64,000 nt of DNA, taken from the NCBI GenBank assembly GCA_013265495.1, contig MU058824.1, positions 4,057,111-4,121,110 of the forward strand, in the 5' to 3' direction. Below the pieces are notes generated by a model that saw only the letters and a list, made by a program, of their open reading frames with translations, did no database searches and was not told where the DNA came from. Each line of letters begins with the position of its first letter. Position 1 is the stretch's first letter. The DNA comes from Vicugna vicugna. Taxonomy: Eukaryota. Of the stretch, positions 52,401 to 64,000 are shown one piece after another. The translations under genes and the position numbers were made by a program.

Positions 52401-54241
52401 ATATAGAAGTGTGGTTGGCTAAAGACTGGGGAGTTAATTCTACAGTCATGATTTTTCTGCCATGACAATTGTGATATTACTGCCAAGGCTTCTTAAGCCT
52501 GGGAGTGGGCCTGAGGGGTTTAGGGGGTGCAAGGGGGCAACCCTTGAAGCAACCACATTAGGCAATGATGTAGTATAAAAAGCTGCAGACTCGGAGTCAG
52601 AAGTCCTGAGTTTGGATCTCAGCACTCTGCTTGGTATTTAATCCAGTGGAAAGCACTGGTGTGTTATAATCGGTCATGAAGTGAGTTACAAATTATTCAT
52701 TGGTAATTATAAATCACTGAAGCTTTTAGTAATTTTCTCTTAATTCATTTGAATTCATAATACATGCATTTGGTTAAAAACAAATTAAATCTTATAAAAG
52801 AGTATACAGTGACAGGTCCATTTTCCTCCTGTCCCTGACTCCAAACATCAGTCCCCCAGTCTCCCTCTTGAGAGGCAACCCCTGTCATCAGCTTCTTAAA
52901 TACCCTTCCAGAGATAGCCTATGCATATTCATGAATGAGTTCCTTGAAGAAAATGAGAGCAGATTCAAGGTATTCCTATAATAATGTTGCTGGCATACTG
53001 AATACCTTATTTTCAAAATGGAATTAGATTTTTGTTATAAAAATAATACATGATTATTTAAGAATTGTATGAAATTAAAGCAAAAGCTCCCCCCATACAC
53101 TCTGCCACCTCTCACTCCTCAATTCCAGAGTTAACGACTGTGAACAGTTTCCTATGTGGCCTGTCTGACAACTTTATGCATGTGTAAACATACATAGGAT
53201 ATTACATAAATAGCAAGTTTGCAATCTTTTTTCATCAACAATATATCAGAGATATAATTCCACATCAATTGCATGTAGCTCTTCTAAACCTTCCGCAAGC
53301 CTGTGTAACATTTAATTCTTTCTAGTGGGAGAGAAAGGAATGAAATATGGCAGAAATTACACAGGGGAGTGTGTCCACCTGAAAGCATCATCTCTCAAAA
53401 TGTCCCAGAAGAAAAATGTTGAAAGCAGCTGATTTACTCCATCTGGGTCTCAGTTTCTTATCTGCAAAATGGAGACAATAATGCAAGCCCTGATTGCCTC
53501 ACAAGATTGTCATGAGGATTATATAGGAGAATGGATAACAGAGTACTTTGAAAACTGAAAAGTACTGTGCAAATGTGAGACACTATTATTCCTGGAGGGG
53601 AGAAGGAAGGTGCAATTGTTGCAGGGTCTAAAGTCTAACAACCAGCACTAATAATAATTGCTTTTCCTGCCTTTCTTAGCCAAATGAATTGTTCATCTTT
53701 ACATAATAATTATGAACATTTGTTGAGTTCTTACTTTGCCCAGCATTCTTCTAAGATATACATATGTGTGTGTGTGCACATATTATATATTATGAGATAG
53801 GTACTCTTACTATCCTCATTCACCTGTGAGCCAACTGAGGCTGACATAGTTAACAAGTAGCAGTCTCATTTCTGAACTGCACCAAATGCTGTGCTATTCA
53901 TTTTAGAGGCTTTTGCCATACTTCAACTATGTGATTTGCCTGTAACTTAGACAGTTAGAAAGTGCATTGAAGAAAGAAGTGGCTCACTCTACTGGTACTA
54001 AAGACTAAAAAGCAACTAAGGAATCAAAACCCTGAGTCTCACAGATAGTCACACAGGTGGTCACACTGTAACCTGCTCCAAGACCCTTCATGACTCCCCT
54101 CTTGGCTAAATAAAAGCCAAGCTCCTCAGCCTGGTGTTCCAGATCTTCCTTAGTTCAGTCAAGTGCTCTTTCCAGGCCTTTGTTTTATACTAGGAACTTC
54201 TTAAACCATCTTCCCCATTATTTTGTACCTGTCTGGGAACC

Positions 54242-55405
54242 TGTTAGAGGTTAAATTGTATCCCCTGAGAACACATATGTTCAAGTCCTAGCCCCCAGTA
54301 CCTCAGAATGTGAACTTGCTTGGAATAGAGTCGTTGCAGATGTAATTTGTTATGATGAAGTCACACTGGAATAGGGTGGACCCCAAATCTGGGATCTTAT
54401 CTTGTGCTTTTGCCTGGAATATATTCCTCTGCCACCTCATTTTGTCTAAATTTCTATTTGTATTTTTATGTAGGTTAGTTACATTTCTTGACCTTGGAGA
54501 GGTGGCCTTCTGTATGAGACATCTTATATGTCTCAGCAGTGCACTCTTCTCTTGCCACCCAAGGGCCAGTGTCCAGCTGGCCCAAGGGTAGATTCTGGCC
54601 TGTGTTTGAGGACTCCTTCCACAGGCTGTGGAAGTATTGTTTTCTTACTTCTGGTGTCTGTCCCCTGGTGGGTGAAGCTGAACTAGAAGCTTATGCAGGT
54701 TTCCTAGCAGGAGGGTGAGTGCCTGCTCACTGCTGGGTGGAGCTGGGTCCTGGTCGGCAGAGCCATGTCTAGGGATGTGTCTAGAGGTGACTGTGGGCTC
54801 AGGAAGTCTGCTGATGGGTAGGGCTGGTTCCTGCCCAGGTTGTTGTTTGGCCTGAGGCGTCGCAACCCTCAAGCCTCTAGGCTGTTGGGTGGGGCCAGGT
54901 CTTGGCACTAATGGCCAGCCTCCAGGAAAAGTTCATGCAGATGAACACTCCCCTAATATCCACCACCAGCTTCTATGTCCCCAGGTTGAGCCACAGCCTC
55001 ACCCCATCTTCCCAGGAGAACCTCCAAAACCAGCAGACAGGTCTGGCCCAGGTTCCTATGAAATCACTGCCTCTGCCTTTCTGGACCCCTAATCCAATAT
55101 GACTGATGCCCTTACAAGAAGAAGGCCACATGAAGAGACAATCAGGGGGAATGTCATGTGACCACAAAGGCAGAGATTGGAGTTATGGAGCGGCGAGCCA
55201 AGAAAGGCCAAAACTTGTTAGTAAACGACCAGGAGCTAGGAAGAGTAAAAGAACGATGATCTTACAGGTTTTGAAGGGAGTGTGGTCCAGCCAATACTTT
55301 GATTTGGGACTTCTAGCCTCCAGAACTGTGAGACAATAGATTTCTGTTATTTTAAGCCACCCAGTATGTAATACTTTGTTACCACAGCCCCAGGAAACCA
55401 ATATA
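54242..55405 (+). mobile_element. MaLR LTR (MLT1C/D-like) interrupted at 54390-55081
   Basis: ccccagtacctcagaatgtga...ggacccctaatccaatatgactg...gacttctagcctccagaactgtgaga. Confidence 0.8.
54390..55081 (-). mobile_element. L1 5'UTR plus start of ORF1; 3'-truncated and tailless
   Basis: Minus strand ends with MRWQRNIFQAKAQDKIP, resembling an L1 ORF1 N-terminus; TSD tggacccc(a/t)aatc at 54377-54389 and 55082-55094. Confidence 0.7.
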
Positions 55406-57818
55406 GAGTCTTAGCCATTTAACCCCCTGATACTGCCTTAGGCCTTTTTTCCTCCTGTCCCATTCCTGTTCTCTTAGCCAGCCACAGCATCCTTGGCGGT
55501 TTGCTTTTACAACACAATCACACCCATGACATTCCCCAGCTCTTCTGGCAGGCAGCACACCAATGATCTATTTACTTCCCAACACACTCTGCGCAGGGCC
55601 AGTCAGGTCCCCTGCCCCCTGCCTCTTTCTGGCTCAGGGCCAGCCCAGCCCCTCTGGGGAGACAGTAGATTGAAGCCCCCTTCTGGGTTGCCTAGGCGAC
55701 AGTGCCGTCTGAGTGCCCTGGAGCCAGGCAGCTGTGGCTGCAGGGAAGGGAGGGACCAGGAGAAGGGGGAGGGAGGGAGGAGGACTACAGGAAAGACCCA
55801 AGGAGAGTCTTTAAAAGTGGCTCTAGTACAAACCCAGAAGGTGAAATTAAAACTGCCTCGCCATAACCAGCATCATAAAGCAACATGCAAGACTTGAGAT
55901 TGAGAGGAAGTCTCTACTCAGGGGATTTTATACAGAGATCAGCTCTGTGGGTCTTTGAGTCCAAACCCCATTTAAACATATGCTTTGAGGCCTTTTGACA
56001 GCATAAGAGATCAAAAGATAACAAAATTCAGGCAAAGAGGGACTGGCATTTTGCATACCAAAGGCAAGTCATCTATAAACTGCTTTATGGTGTACAGTAA
56101 TGAAGGAAAGGGTGCTTGAGATTTTTAGTTCGAGATAAGCATTGCCTGCCGTGTGCAGGGAAACACACAAGGTGTTCGTTAGTTGGGGAGGGAGTACAAG
56201 GAAGAACAAGATGTTATACTTGCCCTCAAGTAGCCCATAATCCTTCCTTCAATCATTATTGCAGGAATGGACTTCTATCATTGCATGCTGGAACACTCCA
56301 AGACAGTTTTTCTTAGTCTTAGATCGGGCTTCAGGGGGGCGTGGGACTTAGTCCTAATCAATCAGGTTATTACATTGCCCTGGCTACAGATTGGTATGGA
56401 GGTGAGCACATACACAGTCTTAGCCAGTGAAGAGTAGTAAGTCTTTCACTAGGACTGGTGAGAGGAATACATGTTCTCTTTTCTGTGCTAGCAGCTGCCA
56501 TCACCATCTTGCGACCACATGGATTCTTGCATGAAGCCAGTGTGGTGGCGAGCACAGTTGAGAGATGCAGGAGGGTTGGGGAGCTGATGACATCATTTGA
56601 GCCCACTGAATCAAGCCATGCCAGATCCACCCCAGACTTTGGGTTATAGAAGCTAATGAGTTTTATGTTTCTTTAAGTGGTTTGTGTTACTTCCAATTCA
56701 AATGGTTCAAAAAATATGTATTAGAAAATCTTTTAACTGATTAACTGGATTAACCAATGCTTTTCATTCCCTATGTAAAATATACTGATTTATGTCTCTG
56801 TATACTGAACACTCAGGGCCAAGAGGCTGCTTTCTGGTACTTTGTGCCCCAACCTATCTATGTTAGTTGTATTTATTACTGCAATTATGTTATTTAATTA
56901 AATACTAAGTAAACTGAAGAAACACAAGTGCAAAAGGAAAGAGTTCCTGGTTCTATGAAAACTAAATTAAATGCTTTTGAAAGACCTGATAAAAACCGAG
57001 GATTTCAAAACTGCCTTTGGGTTAGATATGGATACACACATAGTTAAAAATGAAACAATAAAAATATGAATGGGTTTTCCACTCAGCATTGGAAGAGTCT
57101 TTAGATTCTTTTTCTCCTTTAAAGAACCCAGTGCTGGAAATAGTGGATGACGTATATTGGATGAGAAAGTGACCATTAATTGTCTCATAAGAAGACTTTT
57201 AGTTTTGACCTGGGATACTTGGAATATTTTCTCTAGGGGAGCCAGGCACTATATAAGAAGTCTATGTAGCCTGGGACCACCATGCTGTTAGGAAGCCCAA
57301 ACTAGCAACATTGAAAGAAAGAGAGATACCCTGCTAACCTCTAGCTCTTCCAGCCATCTCAGCTTAGGGACCAGACAAGTGAGTGAGGAAGCCATCTGGG
57401 ATATCTGTCCCAGTCCAGCTTTCGGATGACTTGAGCCTTAGCCAGAATCTGACTGCAGTCTTATAAGAGATTCGGAGAAAGAACCACCCAACTTAGTGTA
57501 TGTACAGAACCATGAGAAATAATAACAAAAATTATTGTTTTAAGCCACTTGATATTAGGTTAGTTTGTTATACAGAAACAGATAACCAGTCTTTTGTGGA
57601 TGAAAGAAGAGAGTTACAAGAAAAAGGAGGTGGCCTCTAATGTCAAATATCATAAAGAGATCTTGGAAGATGAGAAAAGCCCATTGTATTTATCAGTTGA
57701 GAAGTCACCATTGTCCTTCAAGCACTGCAGTTTCAGTAGAATGAGGTGGGCAGAAGCCAAATTGGAGGTGTTCTAGGGTAAGTGAATGGTAGGAAATAGA
57801 TATAATGCTAGATTGGTC

Positions 57819-57861
57819 TTTCTTCCTTCCTTCCTTCCTTCCTTCCTTCCTTCCTTCCTTC

Positions 57862-57939
<78 letters not shown>

Positions 57940-57993
57940 CTTTCTTTCCTTCTTTCCTTCTTTTTCTTCCTTTTTTCTTTCTTTCTTTCTTTC
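57819..57993 (+). repeat. (TTCC)n(TTTC)n compound microsatellite
   Basis: Directly visible. Confidence 0.97.
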
Positions 57994-59529
57994 ACAGTTT
58001 AACATTTACGAATGATCCTCACCTGAATCAATTATCTCATTGGAGATTGCAAAATGGTGATTTTTCCGATTCTATCAGTCTTTCTACATTTATTAGCTGA
58101 CATTCTTCTGTAAAGAAGAGTTCTCCCTCATCAATTGGGAATGAACCTAATTTCTTCCAAAAATGGCAGGTTAAATACTTCATTCTTTCTCTTTAATTAC
58201 CAATTTCCTGACAAAGGAGCTGGTGTCATAGTATTTCTATTGGTTACAAATGAGTTTTTTTCTCCCTTCTCTCTCTTCTTCTCTCTTTTGAGTATCATTA
58301 TGGACTCACGTGTGGACCCATGCATCACATTTATTCAATGCGTTACAATCAATTACAGACTAAATTAGTCTTTTAAGAAGCAATGGAGGATAGGGCTAAG
58401 GATGTGGTCAGACAATTCCTGGAAGAATATATTGGTTAAAAACATACGCACCCACACATTTATCCTTATTAGTAATCAAAAAATGAAAATCGAAACTATA
58501 TAAAGGAGAAAAAAGCTATAAAATATTAGTTCTAATTCTACTACTGGATATATAACCCCCCCCCCCAAATTCTCACACAGGTCCCAATAAGGGACATGTA
58601 TGAAGATATTCACAGCAGTGTTGTTTTGGGTTGTGGGGAGTTGGAGACAATTTGGATGTCCATAACTGAAGAAGTCCTTAGGCAAAATGTAGTGGGTAGA
58701 GTACTAAGCAGTAGTTAGAAGCAATGGACTAGATCTTTAAAATATATTATTTTAAATAAACACCTACAAACAAAAGGATATAAGTTAAACACACTGGAAT
58801 GATTTTCTATGGTGGGAAAGAGGAATGAAGTTGGAGAATATGAATAAAAGAGAATAATAAATAAATAAACCAATGTGAGTGGCTTTGTAAGTGAGGAATA
58901 GGATGAAGTCAATTCCCTCTTTTTAAGTATAAATAAATAAAGTGCTACTACAATCATTCTGCAAAGTAAAAAACTTTGACCTAGAATTCTACTTTTAGTA
59001 CTCTAGCCTAAGGAAATAGAAATTAATGTTTATTAGTGTTATAACAGTGAGAAAAATGGTCAGTATGTGTTCTTTTGCCCCCACTCACACCCTGCAATAT
59101 GCATCCCCACATACTTTAGGGAAATCTGAGAGATATTTCATAGGTGTTGGTGATGTGCTTGTGAACAAGTGTAGTCACATGGTATTGGTACTTAAATTCA
59201 TCATTTCCCGCTTCCAGCCTCTTCCATTTGGCATTGCTATTTCCACTGCCTTTACTGGGCACGATTACAGCCGTCAATGAAGTTCCATCTCATCTGAAGT
59301 CCTTCAGTTGTTAAGGCTGCGGAGTGTTATTCTACAGCACAGCCAAGACTATCTTGCTTTTATTTTGGTTTCACATACTTTTAGAAGTCTATTGTTGTTC
59401 CAATTTTTCAGGATATAACTCTTTCAGTATTGTCTTATAACCTCCTTCCCTTACCAACACCCTGCCTACCCCTTCTTTCACAAAGCAAGCTGGAGGACAA
59501 ATATAAGTAACAGATATGCTGGACTTGAA

Positions 59530-60665
59530 AGTGCAATGGGAAATGCAAATCAAAACCACAATGAGATACCACTTCACATCCATTAGGATGGATAATATAA
59601 AAAAGAAACAATGGAAAATAACAAGTGTTGATGAGGATGTGGAGAAATTAGAGCCCCTGTGCATTGCTGGTGGGAATGCAAAATGGTGCAGTCACTGTGG
59701 AGAACAGTTTGCTGTCTCCTCAAAAAGTAAAGCCTAGAATAAACATATGATGTGGCAACTCCACTCCAAGGTGAAATTTAAAAGCAGGGACTCAAGGAAA
59801 TATTTGTACACCAATGTTCATAGCAATATTATTCATAACAGCCAAAAGATGAAAGCAACATAAATGTCCATTGATGGATGAATGGATAAACAAAATGTGG
59901 TATATACGTACAATGGACTATTATTTAGCTTAAAAAAGGAATGAAATTCTGATACATGCTAGAACATGGTTGCACCTTGAAAACATTATGCTAAGTGAAA
60001 TAAGCCAGACCCCAAAGAAAAAATATTGTATTAAGTACCGACAATAGCAAATTCATAGAGACAGGAAGTAGAATAGAGGTATCAGGGGCAGCAGGGAGGG
60101 GAGAGTGGGTGTTTTTGCTTAATAGATACAGAGATTCTGTTGTGAATGATGAAAAAGTTCTGGCAATGGATGTTGGTGATGGCTAAATAATATTGTGAAT
60201 GTAGTTGCTATGGACTGAATTATGCCCCCTTCCCTAATTCATATGTTGAAGTCCTAACCTCCCAATGTGATAAAATTTGTAGACAGGGTCTTTGGGAGAT
60301 TTTACATTTTGAGCTTATAAGGGTGGGGCCCTCAAGATGAGATTAGTGACCTTATAAGAAGGGACACCAGACAGTTTGCTCTCTTTCTCTCCCCACCATG
60401 TGAAGATTCAGTGAGAAATTAACCATCTATAAACTAGGAAGGGAGCTCTCACCAGGAATCAACCATGTTCGCATTTTTGATCTTGGACTTCTAGCCTCTA
60501 GAACTTTGAGAAAATACATTTCTGTTGTTTAAGCCACCAGCCTATGATATTTTGTTATGGCGGCCTGAACTAAGACAGTAGCTAATGCCACTGAATTGTA
60601 TACCCAAAATTGGTTAAAATGATAAAGTTATGTTATATATATTTTACCACAATAAAAAAAAGGAA
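59530..60665 (+). mobile_element. L1 (L1MB-like) ORF2 end and 3'UTR with nested MLT1A
   Basis: ggaaatgcaaatcaaaaccacaatgagataccac...atattttaccacaataaaaaa. Confidence 0.85.
60206..60577 (+). mobile_element. Full-length MaLR LTR (MLT1A-like)
   Basis: TG...CA ends (tgctatggactgaa...aactaagaca); 5-bp TSD gtag(t/c). Confidence 0.85.
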
Positions 60666-61816
60666 ACAAAAAAGCAAAAGGGGCAGTTCTGCTGTCTTGC
60701 CTCTCCTTTGCAAATCTCTGGGTCTCAACCTCAGAAGGACATTAGTAATTTTTAGGAATGACTCAAGACAACTCCCTGAGCCCTTCTGCCTTGTATGAAT
60801 GAGGAGAGTGAGAGTTACAGAAATGAACTGATTGAACTAGGATTGTAGTTCTCTGTTTCTTATCCTGTATTCCCTATTTTCAGAAATGGCTCCACTATCA
60901 CCTAGTTACCCAAGCCAAAAATCTTTGTCATCTTTGATTCTCTCTCACCTTCCTCAACTACTATGTCTTGGTGATTCTACCACCTTACTATCTCTCTGTT
61001 CCTACCAGTGCTGCCTCAGTTTGGGTCACTTTCATCCCTTGCCTGACATGATAGCTTTTTAGCTGATTTTACACATCTCTTCTTGTTCCCTTCCAATCCA
61101 TTTCCTACATAGCAGCCAAAATCTTTCCAAAATCTAATCTGATCATGTCATTGTCACTAAACCATTCAATAGCTCCCTTTAGTTACTTAGGTTAAGTTCA
61201 AACGCCTCAAAGTGGCATTCAAGACTTCTCATGGTCTTCTGGTCTCCTCTTAACTCTTCAGTCTGATCTCTTCTCTCAACTCAACCAGGCTGTGCTCCAG
61301 TCCTATTAAACTTGTGGTTTCCTAAACACATCATGCTCAACTCTTCCTGCTTATTGCTGGAGGATGGAAATTTTCAGAGATAAAGTTCACAGCACACAAG
61401 GATGTGGTCCATTCTTTCTTTTGCATCCCTTAACTGGCAAGGTGAGGTGGCTTAGGGCCTGGTCTAGCCCTCTCCCTTATTTCTTCTTGTCCTGGAAGGC
61501 AGCCTCAATGGGCTCCTTTGGTGACTGGCTTAAACTGCTTGCCTGTCCCTTTTTTTCTAGGCATGGTAGGCAAAACATTTGACTAAATTAAATTTACTAT
61601 AGCTGAAACTGGAGTTTGGGCTTTGGAGTGGAAATAGGTCTGATTTTATTTAAGACTGTTAGGGCTATCAAAGGGGAGAAAAATGTCATAGTTTATGGGC
61701 ATTCTACAGTAGGCATTGGGACTAAAGCCCCAGCCAGTAATATGTTACCTGTCTCCTCTGTGACCAGAAATTCAAGGATTCAGGAACTACTAGGTCCCTT
61801 GGCCAATTATAATCTT

Positions 61817-61854
61817 TTTTTTTTAATTGAAGTATAGTCAGTTACAATGTGTCA
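61817..61854 (-). mobile_element. 38-bp extreme 3' L1 fragment
   Basis: poly(T)+aattgaagtatagtcagttacaatgtgtca; perfect 16-bp TSD ggccaattataatctt at 61801-61816 and 61855-61870. Confidence 0.88.
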
Positions 61855-62859
61855 GGCCAATTATAATCTTAATGTCTTCCCAGTCCACTTTCCCCCAACC
61901 TTCTCCACCTGGTGAAATCCTACTCATCCTTGAGTTCTTAACTTCTAAGACTATATCTCATCGGCCTCCAAGGAGATTGTAAACGCTTTGAAGGCCTGGA
62001 CTGTATCTTTATCATTGTACCCCCAATGGCTAGCATTGCTCACGACTGTATAAATGAAAAGATCACACACCTCGTTAAGTGTCACGGTGGAATTTGAAAT
62101 GTCTGTTGACAAGGGTTTATCCACGCTTCTCTCTCAAGGGGCCAGCCTATCACTGTAGCACTGTGCCTTGTCAAGTTGTAGCTCTCTCTGCTCAGTCCCC
62201 AGTTGGCAGCTGCATGTGGGGAAAGGCTAAGGATAATACTTTATTGAAATGACTTAACTGTACCCTCACAGACATGGCTGTACTTAGAGACACTCCTAGT
62301 ACATGATTGAGTTTGTTTTGCTCCTCTATGGCTTTGATATGAGAGTTAGAGAAACATGAAAGGAAAATATGTTCAATAACTAACATCAATCCAAGGAGAG
62401 GAGGGTGGCCAAGGGGGTCATGAATCTGCAGAATTCTTCTCTCATAGGAAACTGTCAGCATAGCTCAATAGCATTTCCGCACCTCACAGTCTTTCCCTCT
62501 GTCGGGACTAGGCCCAGCCGGGTTGGATGGTTTCCTGTAAGTCTTTTAACAACAAGGGCGTTTAAGTAAGAAAGAGGAAGAGAAAGTCAGAGAAAGGGGC
62601 GAGGGGCCAAGGCTGAGCCAGGCTGGCTTCTGTTCATAATTCAAGATGGGTCTCTGGACTCAGAGAAGGCAGCACATCTCCATCTCTTTCGTTTCTGCTT
62701 CTGCTACCCACTCTGGGTCCGCGGGGACTGATTAACTACTGAGGTACAGCCCAAGAAGGGAAGGGAGTTTCTTTCCTAAGTGTCTGAAAAGGAAAAACTT
62801 TGAGGGAGAGGGAGGAGGAGAGGAGACTGTGGCTCCAGTGTGGGAGAGGTGGAGGAAGG

Positions 62860-64000
62860 AGGCCGAGGCGGCACAACCCATGGAATGGGAGCCCGTGGGC
62901 GGGCGCGCTGGCGGGCAGAGGCTACCCTGGCCAAGCCCTCCGTACATTCGCGGGCGCCAACACAGGCGCCAGAGGTAGCCGCGCAGCGGACCCCAGGCGC
63001 AGCCGGGCCTGGGTCGCACGAGGCCTCGCCCCGGAGGCCCGGGGCGGCGCCCCAGGGGCGGGCCAGGGGCGGAGCAGCCCCCAGAGCTGGGCTCTCCCGG
63101 CGGACGGCCCTCAGCCTCCACGCCTGTGCGAGCGGCAGCAGCAGAGGATGCCCCACCGCGCCGCCCGCCCAGCCCGGGAGCCACGGCTGGCCGAGGAACC
63201 CGCCGCCCATTGGCGGCGGCGGCTCAGCGTCCCCGCCCTCTCGGCCTCCCCGCCCCCTCCGCCGCCGCCGCCGCTTCCCGGCTCCGCCTCCTTCCCCTCC
63301 GGGAGCCGCCTCCGTCGCCGCCACCGCCACTGCCGCTGCCGGCCGGGGCCCAGCCAGCCCCCGCCGCGCCGGAGTCGAGTCGCAGCCGGAGCCGCTGCCC
63401 GCGGCCCCGCCATGAGCGGAAGCGCCGCCGCCGCGGTCGCCGCCGCCGCCGCTTCAGCAGCTGCGGCCGCCGCGCACTTCCAGCCTCAGTCGTCGTCTCC
63501 CAGGCCGGGCCCCGCCGAGCTCGGGCCCCCGCGCCGCCCGCGCCCCCCACCGCCGCCGCCCCGGCCCGAGTCCGCTGCCGCCGGTCGCCTCAGCCCTCAG
63601 GGCCACGGGCCTCTCCGAGCGGGCGCCCAGGGTGGCGGCGCCTGCAGCCGAACGCCGGGAGCAGGTACGGGGTCCAGGGAGCGGGCCAGGCGGGGAGGGG
63701 CGTGGGTTGGTCCCGGGGTGGGGGGGCCCGGAGGCGTGTGGTCCAGCCGCCCGGCCCCGCGGAGGGGATGGAGCGTTGTCCGGGTCAGCTTTGTCCGGCC
63801 CCGGAGCCCCTGTGAGCTCTGCGTCCCCGCCGCGCCGAGCGGCTCACAAAGCGTTTTCCCACCGGGTGGGTAACCCCCTCCCCTAGGATGGGCAGGGCAG
63901 GACCTCTCTAGGTCTCCGCTGGGCGGAGGCTTATGGGGGGAAGTGACTTGCCCAAGGTCACATAGCCGGCGAGAGTCGTAGCCTGGCTGGGACCCAGGGT
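62860..64000 (+). promoter_or_regulatory. CpG-island promoter, probably the distal promoter of RNF38 (divergent from MELK)
   Basis: Very high GC/CpG, GC boxes, inverted CCAAT (ATTGG ~63209-63213), (GCC)n runs; the gene identity rests only on recalled human MELK-RNF38 synteny. Confidence 0.75.
63412..63664 (+). CDS. Candidate coding first exon, Ala/Pro-rich (MSGSAAAAVAAAAASAAAAAAHFQPQ...CSRTPGA), possibly an extended RNF38 N-terminus
   Basis: cccgccATGa Kozak context; 84 codons + 1 nt open up to a CAG|GTACGG donor at 63664/63665; downstream exons lie outside the window. Confidence 0.4.

Noticed and set aside
57705..58100. Lys/Glu/Arg-rich and Phe/Leu/Ser-rich ORFs
   Set aside because: Artefacts of translating the (TTCC)n(TTTC)n microsatellite.
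62732..63886. Multiple long overlapping ORFs (up to 357 aa) on both strands
   Set aside because: Expected from stop-codon scarcity in a CpG island; only the ATG-to-donor segment 63412-63664 is kept as a candidate.

Overview
Mammalian genomic DNA, most likely camelid (alpaca/llama/camel), inferred from at least seven copies of a tRNA-derived SINE matching my recollection of the camelid Vic-1 family. The left 10.4 kb holds the 5' end of the kinase gene MELK on the minus strand: a CpG-island promoter, non-coding exon 1 and coding exons 2-4, all with canonical splice sites and a continuous frame. About 1.7 kb upstream of MELK, on the plus strand, is a processed RPL7L1 pseudogene split by a 432-bp solo LTR that points toward MELK. 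The middle ~48 kb is intergenic and dense in repeats (L1, L2/MIR, MaLR/ERVL LTRs, hAT and Tigger DNA transposons, microsatellites). The right end is a second CpG island with a plus-strand first exon, probably the distal RNF38 promoter, judged only by recalled human synteny. I found no convincing new multi-gene system and no CRISPR-like array. The most unusual items are the MELK-facing solo LTR, a retroposed tRNA-Gly(GCC) 5' half with target-site duplication (TSD), an inverted duplication preserving an AP-1/E-box core, a degenerate 24-bp array, several atypical L1 integrants and a candidate poly-Ala/Pro coding first exon. Repeat subfamily names come from memory of consensus sequences, not a database search, and most repeat boundaries are approximate.
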